A stretch of DNA of 64,000 nt from Vicugna vicugna (taxonomy: Eukaryota). This document shows positions 53,260 through 64,000 of the stretch, in pieces (position 1 is the stretch's first letter; each line of letters opens with the position of its first letter). The position numbers and the translations under genes were made by a program. The stretch spans positions 93,118-157,117 of the forward strand of contig MU057951.1 in NCBI GenBank assembly GCA_013265495.1, read 5' to 3'. The notes beneath the pieces were generated by a model that ran no database searches, was not told the DNA's origin, and saw only the letters and a list, made by a program, of their open reading frames with translations.

Positions 53260-56200
53260 GAGGTTTCTGGGAAGATGGTGGAATAAGAAGCATCACAAGT
53301 CTATCTCCACCTAAACATAATTGCACTAACAGAATCTGTCTGATGTGACTCTTTTGGAACTTCAGAGAATATTGAAAGTTTGCAATTTCCAGATAAAGTC
53401 TTGGGCAGTGAGCTGCGATACATTTTGTTTAATATAACTCTTAGGATTGGAGTTAGTATCCACCTCCTACCTCCATCCCCATGGAAGGAAGGAAGATGTG
53501 CATAATTTTCCATAGCAACTTGTATGACTCTGTCCTCCAAATATTCAGGAACTGTACTCTGATTGCTGCTGGTGATTATAGAGATAAAGAAATTATGCAG
53601 ATGATGATATCATTGTTGCAAGCTTCTTCCCATCAAGTTGAGTGACTTTCAGGATATTTAAAGAGTTACCACATTCCCTTCCCCCACCTTTTTTTTTCTC
53701 TTTTGGGAGCCAGACATTAAAGACCAGAGCATCACAATAAACTGTATATGCAAAAAATTAGGGCATGCCTCTGCATGCCCAGCAAAAGATTCAGAAACTT
53801 CTGAGAAGACATTAAATGTGCACCTCAGACTGATGCTCAGCACAGAGATAACCTATAAAAAAATTAAAGCCAATAATCAAAAACCATGAAAACCTCTAAA
53901 CCTTAGAGAAGGGATATAATCTGATCTCTAAATATATAATATTAGATTTAAATATCCAGTTTTCAACAAGAAAATCACAGGACATACAAAAAACAGGAAA
54001 GTATCACTCATTCAAAGGGAAAAATTAACTAAAACTGTCCCTGTAAAAGTTCTGATGGTAGCTATGTTTGACAAAAGACTTTAAACAACTGTCTGAAAGA
54101 TGCTCAAAGAACTAAAGGAAGGTGTGGAGAATGTCAATCAAACAATGTATGAACAAAAAGGGAATATCAGTAAAGAAATATAAAAATTAAAAAGAAATCA
54201 AAGGAAATTCTGAAGCTGAAATATACAATACTTGAAATAAAAAATTCACTAGAGGAAATATAAGGTAGATTTGTAAAAAGCAAAAGAAAGAATTCATGAA
54301 TTTGAAGGTAGGACAATGAATATTATCAAGCCCGAAGAACAGAAAAAAAAAAAGACTGAAGAACAATGAACAAAATATAAGGAAATTGTGGGAAGCCATT
54401 AAGTAAATCAATACACATATTGTAGAAGTCATAAAAAGGAAACAAGAAAGAAAGAGGAAGAGAATATTTGAAAAAAATAATGGATAAATTGAAAATTTTG
54501 ATGAAACACATGAATATAAACATTCAAGAACCTCAAAATTTATGAGTAAGATGAACTCAAAGAGACCCACAATGAGACATATTATATTTACTTCAAAACA
54601 CAAAGGCAGATACTCTTCAAAGCAGCAAGAGAGAAGAAAATTTTTACAACATACATGGGATCCTTCATAAGATTATCATCATATTTTCATCAGAAACTTT
54701 GGAGACTAAAATGTAATGGGTTGATATGTTCAAATTACAAAAGAAAAAAAATGTCAACAAGAATCCTATATCTGGTAAAAATTCCCTTCAAAAGTGGTGA
54801 AGAATTTAAGACATTTCTGGATAAACAAAAGCTGAGAGATTTTCTTACCACTATATTTTCCCTGCAGGGTGAAATAAAAGGATATTAAATAGTAGCTTGA
54901 ATGTGAGTAAGAAATAAAGACCTTGATAAAAGTAAATAGAGTATGTAAATAAAGGTAAAATCTAGTATTATTCTAACAATGGTTTGTAACTCCGCTTTTT
55001 GTTTTCTACATGATTTAAGGGATTAATACATTTAAAGACAAACTATATGTCTCAAAACTGATATTGCAAGTGTTGTTTGTGTTTTATATAAGAGACTAAA
55101 GCAATTAAAAGAATTATTAGTTTATATTTTTGGCCCCACAGTATATAATGATATAATAATGTGACATCAACTACTGAACTAGTGAAAGGGATGGGGTGAA
55201 ATTGTAAAAGGCCAGAGTTTTTGTAGTATTATTGAAATCAAGTTGGTACAAATTCAAATAAGAATGGTATAACTTTAGAATGTTAAAATATAATCCACTT
55301 GGTAACCAAAATGAAAAACACTATAGACTGCAGGGAAAATAAAATGAGAAAGAAATTTAAATATTTCACTACCCCAAAATCAACTGAACCCAAAGAACAC
55401 AGTAATGCAAGACATAATTAACAAGAAAGCTATTAGAAACAAATAGCACAAAAACAGAAGTAACTCCTTCCATAACAGAATTACCTTAATGTAAACACAT
55501 TTAATTCTTCAATTAAAAGACAGAGATTAACATATTGAATTAAGTCAGGTGATCCAACAATATACTGTCTACAAGTGATTTACTTGAGACTCAAAACACA
55601 AATAGATAAAAATGTAAAGGACAGAAAAAAGCTATTCCATGCAACTAGTAACCAAATGAGAGCAGGGGTTGCTATACTAATATTAGATGAAATAGATTTT
55701 AAATTAAAAAGACCACATGAGACAATGAATGTTATAAATTTTAAAAGACTTGAAAGATCAAGAATATATAAAATTGCAAGCATTTATGCACCTAATGGCA
55801 AACCATATAAATACATGAAGCAAAAAGGGACAGAATGAAGGAGAGAAATTGACAGGTCTACAGTAATAACTGGAGACTTCAATACTCTACACAATACTAG
55901 AACAACAGCCAGAGAGAGGATATTAAGGAAGTAGAAGAATTAACACATAAATTAGCTACATCTAGCAAACATATACAGAATATTCTACCCCAAAACAATA
56001 GCATGCCTTTCAAGTGTACATGGGACTTTCCCCAGGAGAGACAATGTTAGGCCATTAATTAAATCTTAATAGATTAAAAAAATAGATGTCATACCAAACA
56101 TCTTATCAAATCACAACAGGATAAAGTTAGTAATCAGTAACAGAAGTTAAACTGAAACATTCACAAATTCGTGAAAATTAAACAAAACATGCAATAACCA

Positions 56201-59200
56201 ATGGATTGAAAATGGAATAAAAAAATAAGAAAATATTTCAAGACAAGTGTATATGAAAACAGAACATGCCAAGGCTTATGGGACACAGTGAGTGCAGTGA
56301 GAGCTAAGAAATAAACTTTTTAGATTACATTTTAAAAAAGGAAGATCTCAAATCATGACCTAAACTTACTTGAGGAAATAGACCTAACAAGGAAATAGAA
56401 AGAAAGAGTAAACTAAACCCAAGTATAACATAATAAAGGAAATAAATATTAGGTTAGAGATAAAAGGGTATCAAATATCAGAAAAATTGATAGAAACAAA
56501 AGTTGATTTTTTGAAAGATTGACAATAATTTAATTATTATTAACAATAAACAACAAATTATTAGATAATAACAAATTATTAGAATAAGAGTAAAAGAGAG
56601 AACACTTATATTAGTAAACTTAGAAATGAAAATGGTGACTTATCTATGAATTCCACATGCTTAAGGAGGATTATGAGTACTATGAATAATTGTACACCAA
56701 AAAATTGGAAAACCTAGAAAAAATGGACATATTCCTAGAAACAGAATTCTTACCAAGACTAAATTATAAAAAAAATAGAATATCTGAGTAGACCTATAAC
56801 TAGCAAGGAGTTTGACTTAATAACAAACAAGTTGCTAAAAAAGAAGTCCTGAACCAGATGCATTAATTGAATGAAGTCAATCAAACATTTGAAAAAGAAT
56901 TAACACCAATCATTCTCAAACTTTTTCAAAAAATTGAAGAGGAAAAAACATTTTATAGCTCATTCTATGAGGTCAACATTATTCTGATGCCACCAGACAA
57001 ATTCACTAAAAGGAAAAAAAAACTATAGATCAATATCCTTTATGAATACTGAAGCAGAAATTCTAAGTAACATAATAGCAAACCAAATTCAGCAGCATAT
57101 TAAAAGGATTATACACCACAATGAAGTAACATTTGTTCCTGGAATTCAAAGATTGTTTAATATACAAAAATCAATGTAATTCACCACATTAACTGAATGA
57201 AGGAAAAATGACATAATATTCTCAAATGATACAAAAAAAAGGATTTGACAAAATTCAGCTTTTCATGATTAAAAAATGAACAAATTAGATATAGAAAGAA
57301 ACTATCTGAACATAATAAGAGCCATATCATGGAAAACCCAAAGCCTACAACATACTCAGTCTTAAAGCTTTTCCACTAAGATCAAGAACAAGGCAAGGAT
57401 GACTATTTTCACCAATTTTATTCAACACAGTAATGGAAGTTCAAGTCAGAGGAATTATGCAAGAAAAATAAATAAAAAACATACAAATTGGATAGGAACA
57501 AATAATTTTTTTCTGTTTTCAGATAATATGGTCCTATATGAAGAAAATCCTAAATATTTAGCCAAAAATCTGTTAGAACTAATAACTAAATTGAACAAAG
57601 TAGCAGAACAAAAAGTCAATGTCAAAAATCAGTTGCATTCCTTCACACAAACAATGAACAATCTGAAAAAACTTATGAAAATAATTCCATTTATAATAAT
57701 GTCAAAAAGAATAAAATATTTAGGAATTAACTTAACCAAGGAAATAAATGACTTGTATACTAAAAACCACAAAATATTGCTGGAAGAAATTAATGAAGAC
57801 ATAAGTAAACAAAACATCCCATGTTCATGCACTGGAAGACAAAATTAATAAGATGTCTATATTACCTAAAGTAATCTACAGACTTAATGAAATCTCTATA
57901 GAAAATTCCAATTACTTTTTGGCAGAAAAAAAAATCTTAAAATTCATACAGAATCTCAAAGGTCCTAAAATAGCCAAAACAATCTTGAACAGGAAGAACA
58001 AAGCTGGAGGTATCATACTTCCTGATTTCAAGTTATACCACAAAACAATAGTAATCAAAACAATATGTTACTGGCATAAAAATAGATGTTTAGACCAAAG
58101 TAATAGAATAGGGAGCCTAGAAAATAAACACACATATAAAGTCAAGTAGTATTTGATGCACTGTCATGAATACACAATAGGAAAAGGATAGTCTTTTTGA
58201 CATCTGATGCTGGGAAACCTGGATATCAAGGTCCAGTAGAATGAAGAGAGACTGATACATAAAAATCTACTGAAAATAGAATAACAAATTTAAAATAACA
58301 CCTGAAATCTTAAAATCATAAAAAGAGGGAAAAAGCTCCTTGATATTGGCCCTTGTAATGATTTCTTGATATGACACAAAATCACAGGAAAAAAAAATAA
58401 ACATATGGGACTACATAAATGAAGTCAATCCATGAATTGGGAGAAAATATTTGCAAACCATATTTCTCATAGTGTTTAATATCCAAAATATATAAGGAAT
58501 TTATACAACTGAATAGCAAAATCACAAATAACACAATTAAAATGAGCTAAGGACTTGAATAAATATTTTTCCAAAGACATACAAATAAGCAACAGGTATA
58601 TAAAATGGTTCTCAACATAACTAATTGTCAGGGAAATGCAAATCAAAACCATAGTGAGATATCACCTCACACCTCTTAAGATGGCTATTGTCAAAAAGGA
58701 AAATAAAGATAACAGGTGTTGGCAAGGACACAGAGCAAAGGAATCCTTGTACACTCTTGGTAGGAATGTAAATACATATAGCCATTATAGGAAAGGTCTT
58801 CTTTATATGGAGGGTCTTGAAAAAAATAAAAATATAACTACATTTTGATCCAGTAATTCCACTACTGGGTATATTTCCAAAGGGAAAAAAACACTATATT
58901 GAAAATATATATGCATTACTATGTTTATTGCAACATTACTCAGAGTAACCAAGGTATGGTAACAAACTACGTGTCTATTGATGGATAACAGGTAAAGAAT
59001 AAATTGTGACACACACACATAGTGGAATATTATTTATTCTCTAAAAAATTTAATCCTGCCACTTGCTACAACATGGGTAAATCAGAAGGGGATTATGCTG
59101 ACTGAAATAATCCAGTCATAGAAAGAAAAAACTGCAGACCTCTCTTATATGTAGAATCTACAATAGTGGAATTCAAAGAAATAGATGGTAAAATTGTGGT

Positions 59201-59500
59201 TGCCAGGGCCTGGGGAATGGGGAAAATGAGGATGCATTGGTCAAAGGATAAAGAGTTTTAGTTATGTAGAATAAATAAGCTGGAGAGTTTTAATGCACAG
59301 TATGGTACAATAGTTAACAATACTGTACTGCATAATTAAAATTTACTGAATGTAGATTTTAAGTGTTTTCTTAAAAATGATATGTATGTGAAGTGATGGA
59401 TATATTAATCAACTTGACTGGTAATAATCATCACAATGATTATATATCAAAATATGTTGTACATCATATATATATATACAAATTTTATAAAAATAAAATA
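53260..59500 (+). mobile_element. Near full-length old L1 (5'UTR, decayed ORF1 about 53970-54890, ORF2 about 55450-59150, 3'UTR); possibly composite
   Basis: 5' motif GAAGATGGTGGAATAAGAAG. ORF1-like RILYLVKIPFKSGEEFKTFLDKQKLRDF. ORF2-like [13 protein letters not shown] and MQIKTIVRYHLTP. Confidence 0.8.
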
Positions 59501-59584
59501 TTTCATAAATTTAAGGCAGCAATTGATAGTTTGCAATAATACTTGGGACAGACTTAAATACACAACATTAAAATGAATAGAACA

Positions 59585-61958
59585 GGGAAGAGAAGCAAGA
59601 TGGCAGAGTAGAAGGACACTTATAGCTCACCCTCTCCCACAAATACACCAAAACTCACATCTACGGACCCACTTAGCCAACCAGAGCACCTTTGGAACTC
59701 CGACAGAACATTGCCCTCTTTGAAAGATGAAGATGCCAAAAACCTGGTAGGAGAAAAGGAAAAAGAAAGAAGAAAAAGCAAAACAGTGCAGGATCGGCCC
59801 TGTGGGGAGGGAGTGGCAAAGAAGGTATAGTGCTTGTTCACTGGGTCTCCTCCCTTCAATGGAGAGGCCAACAGGATGGAGGGGGAGCCTCCGAGGCTCA
59901 GATCTGCCCCAAGCACCCCTTGACTGACAGAACTAAGTTAAGTAGGCACAAAGGTTCCCTGCGACACCCAGCCCGAGATGCAAGCCGGCAGCTGGGGGCT
60001 GGGGCAGGCTGCCTGAGCTGGGCAGAGGACTGGAGCGGCTGCATTGAGGCAGCCCCAGGGGACTACAGGGTACTGCATGCCATGGCTGGGAGGTGATAAA
60101 GAGCAGAACAACATCGGTCTTCGATAAATTGTGAAAATAGCAAAGCAACACGGCTGATGTGCCCTGGGGGGAGGGGCACCATAGCCTTTGTCTCCTCAGA
60201 CCCGAGGTGCCATTACTGGAGCTTCTAGCGAGTAGAGAGGTGGGGCCTAGCCACAGCCGCCATATCCTCCTGTGCAAAGTGCCTGGGTGGGGGCAGGGCC
60301 AAGACCTGTATCTGTATGGGGCAGAGGGACTCCTCAACCTCCTAGGCAAGACTGAGACATGTTTACAGCCCGAGGCTGAAAGAATCTTTCTGCCCTGGCA
60401 CCTCAGAGAACTCACACCGCCAAGACAAACAAGGAGCTGAGATTTCACACAGAGCAGGGGCGGGGCTGTTCCTGCAGTCTTCCCTGAGCCTGCCTAAGGA
60501 GCACCTACCTGAAGCAGAGCAGGCAGCTGCACAGAGCAGCAGAGCAACTGATGCCAGGAGAGGGCGGCAGCCACCTGCCTTCCTGGCAGGAATGCAGCAC
60601 CTGACCATGGTGCTGGTAGGGGGCATGATCCGCCCACCTGCCTCGCCCTAGCACAACATCTGAATGCGACACCGGGAGGGGGAGTGACCCACTCGCCCAC
60701 CTATGCCAGAGAGATATGAGCAATATGTAGAAGCAGAGGAACCACTCCCAAATAAAAGATCAATAGAAATCCCCTGAAAGCACAATCAAGGAAATAGACA
60801 TTGATGGCCTACTAGATCAAGATTTCACAAAAGGACTAATCAAAGTACTGAAAGAACTAAAATAAATAGTGTTTAGAGATATAAAATATGTCAAAAATGA
60901 AATAGAAGCTCTTAAAAAGAACCAACTAGAATTAGTAAACTCATTTGTTGAGATGAGAGCTGATCTAAAGGCTGTGCAAAGCAGAGTAGATAATGCAGAG
61001 GAACAAATAAGTTACCAGGAAGACAGGACTACAGGAAGCACCCAATCAGAACAACTGAGAGAAAAAAAAATAAAAAACAATGAAAGCAATATAAGGGACA
61101 TATGGGCTAAGATAAATCATGCCAATCTACACATAATAGGGGTTTCAGAAGGGGAAGAAAAAACTAAAGGGCTTCAAAAGGTATTTGAAGAAATCATGAC
61201 TGAAAACTTCCCAAACCTAAAAGAAGGAATCAAATATCCAAGTACAGGAGGCTCAGAGGGTCCCAAACAGGAAGAACCCAAACAGACCCACACCAAGACA
61301 TATCATAATCAAGATGGCCAGAGTCAAGGATAAAGAAATGATCCTAAAGCATTTAGCAACACTAAACCCATACTAAAAGAAATATTGACAGGTCTACTCT
61401 AAATAGAAAAGAAGCAGGACGCTACAAAAATGAAAAACTCATAACTGAAAAGGTGATAACTACCATGAATTACAAATACAATAAACACAAAATTGTAAAA
61501 GAAGGCATCTAAATCATTAAGAGTGGGAGAGGAAAGCAAGGAAAGCCACTGTGGAAAACAGTATGGAGAGTCCTTAAAAGGCTAGGAATAGTCTTACCAT
61601 ATGACCCAGGAATCCCACTCCTGGGCATATATCCAGAAGGAAGCCTACTTCAAAATGACACATACACCCCAATGTTCATAGCAGCACTATTTACAATAGC
61701 CAAGACATGGAAACAGCCTGTGCCCATCAACAGATGACTGGATAAAGAAGATGCGGTGTATTTTTAGAGTGGAATACTATTCAGCCATGAAAACTGACAA
61801 CATAAAACCATTTGAAGCAACACGGATGTTCCTGGAGGGTGTCATTATAGGTGAAGTGAGCCAGAAAGGGAAAGAGAAGTCCTGTGTGAGATCTCTTATA
61901 TGTGCAATCTAAAAAAAACAAAACAAACAACAACAACAACAAAACATAAATACAGATC
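59585..61958 (+). mobile_element. L1 of an older sister subfamily with three internal deletions (5'UTR, ORF1, nearly all of ORF2)
   Basis: 5' GCAAGATGGCAGAGTAGAAGGACAC. ORF1 start at 60716 has an early TAG. Junctions near 60703, 61350 and 61544 when compared with the intact copy. Confidence 0.88.
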
Positions 61959-64000
61959 ATTCCGGGCAAGATGGCGGAGTAGAAGGACGCTTGTAAGTCA
62001 CCCTCTCCCACAAATAAACCAAGACCCACATCTACAGACCCACTCAGACAACCAGAGCACCTGCGGAACTCCAACAGATCATCGCCCTCTTCAAAAGATA
62101 AAGACGCCAAAAATCTGGTAGGAGAAAAGGAAAAAAGAAAGAACAAAAGGCAAAGCAGCGTGGGACGGGTCCCGCGAGGAGGGAGCGGCAAAGGAGGACT
62201 GGCGCTTGCTCGCTGGGTCTCCCCTCTCCAATTGAGAGGCCAGCGGGACGGAGGGGGAGCCTCCAAGGCTCGGATCTGTACAGAGCAGCCCTTCTCTGAC
62301 AGAACTAAGTTAAACAGGTACAGAGCGTACCCCCGACACCCAGTCTGAGACGCGGGCCGGCAGCGGCGGGCAGGGCCAGGCTGCACAAGCCGGGTGGAGG
62401 ACGGGGGCGGCTGCACGGAGACAGCTCCAGGGGACTGCAAGGGGCTGGGGGCCGGGGCTGTGGGTGTACAGGACAGAACAACCTGGGCCCTCCATAAAAC
62501 AGCAAGGTTGATGTGCTCTCGGGGGAAGGGTGCATAACCCCATCTCTGAAAACCCACGGAAACTTTTCAGGGGAAGAGGGGCGGGGCCCAGGCAGAGCCG
62601 CCATATTCTCCGGCGCTTAGAACCCAGGCGGGGGCAGAGGCGAAACCTGCATCCGCACCGAAGGGCTTAGCAGCCTCAAGGGACAGACTGAGACGGGCCT
62701 ACAGCCCTCGGCAGATAGGATCCTTCCATTCTGGTCCCCCAGAGAACTTGGTCCACAAAGACAAACAAGCAGCTGGGTCTTGGCTCGGAGCAGGGATGAG
62801 GCTGCCCCTTGGTCTTCCCCAAGCCCACCCGCGGAGTGCGACCAGGGCGGAGCGCCGACCAGGGCGGAGCGCGACCAGGGCGGAGCGCCGACCAGGGCGG
62901 AGCGCCCGCGCAGAGCGCAAAGCCGAACAGAGCAGCGGAGCTACCGGTGGCGCAGGCAGGGGCAGAGCGGCCGCCCGCCTGTCAGGCAGGAACACAACCC
63001 CTGACCGAGGTGCTGGGAGGGGGCACGACCCGCCCTCCTGCCTGGCCAGTCTGCAACATCTGACTGCGGCATACGGAGGGGCAGTGACCCGCCCACCCGC
63101 AGCAGAAGACAGCTGCATCTGACCCCGGGTTAGGAGGAGGCGCGATCTGCTTGCCAACAGGTGCTGGGAGCAGCACAGAAGAGGGCGCCAACGGAGGGCC
63201 TATGAAAACAAGCTGAGCTTCCAAAACAGGACGAAGACAGAAGGACATCACAATAAAAGCACACACACTCCAGGAGAACACCGACAACCCCCTTTTTTTG
63301 TTTGTTTTTTTTTTGTTTTGTTTTTTTGTTTTTTTGTTTTTTGTTTTTGTTTTTGTTGTTTTTTATAATCTGTTTTTACCTGTTCTATTTTCAATTACTC
63401 TCTTAATTTTTACTTCTTAATTCATTTTTATTTCTCTTGGGTTTTGATGTCCTGTTATTGATTAGACACAGGCTTCAAACACATATATTCATCTCCCCAC
63501 CCCCCCTTTTTTTTTAAAGGTTTTAAAAGGACGTCTCCACCCGATTAATACTCTGCTTCAACCCGCTCTTCTATTATTCATTATACATTGTTTTCAAACC
63601 CTCTGTCTCCCTTCTTTTAAAAATCTTTCTCTCTCTTTCTTATTTTTTTCTCTTTTTTTATTTCTTTTTTATTTTTTTCTAAGTTTATTCCTAAATAAGC
63701 ATTAGATAGATAATATCCTTAAGATCCAAAATAGACAACTGATACTCCATAAACCACAGTGCCAGAGAGGTATGAGCAAGATGAAGAAGCAGAGAAACCT
63801 TTCCCAATTAAAAGAACAAGAGGAATCCCCTGAAAGAAAGATCAANNNNNNNNNNNNNNNNNNNNNNNNNNNNNNNNNNNNNNNNNNNNNNNNNNNNNNN
63901 NNNNNNNNNNNNNNNNNNNNNNNNNNNNNNAAATATGTCAGAAATTGAAGCTATAAAGAAGAGCCAAGCAAAATGGGAAAACTCATTGACAGAGATGAGG
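61959..64000 (+). mobile_element. 5' end of a second young L1 (complete 5'UTR, ORF1 start at 63772); runs off the window
   Basis: Near-identical to 27868-29880. ATGAGCAAGATGAAGAAGCAG at 63772. N-gap 63846-63930. Confidence 0.95.

Overview
Mammalian genomic DNA, AT-rich and made almost entirely of nested LINE-1 (L1) retrotransposons of several ages. A less repetitive stretch at about 37.2-40.7 kb carries MIR, L2-like and MaLR (MLT1) relics. I found no host protein-coding gene; nearly all short ORFs in the track are L1 fragments or their antisense frames. The young L1 family looks cetartiodactyl, probably camelid (recollection, not a database result). Main items: (1) a full-length L1 at 27868-35058 with open ORF1 (300 aa) and ORF2 (1265 aa); (2) a minus-strand L1 at 16466-22180 whose 5'UTR lacks exactly a GT..AG intron of about 1.5 kb, i.e. 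a retrotransposed spliced L1 RNA (SpIRE-type); (3) a full-length U6 snRNA copy fused to 4.4 kb of L1 (U6/L1 chimera, 7046-11566); (4) a 397-nt inter-ORF spacer with a splice-acceptor-like site and a mini-ORF overlapping the ORF2 start; (5) small TSD-flanked insertions, including a twin-primed micro-L1 and a 7-mer tandem repeat. Three N-gaps limit certainty. Boundaries of old elements are approximate and family names come from visual recognition only.
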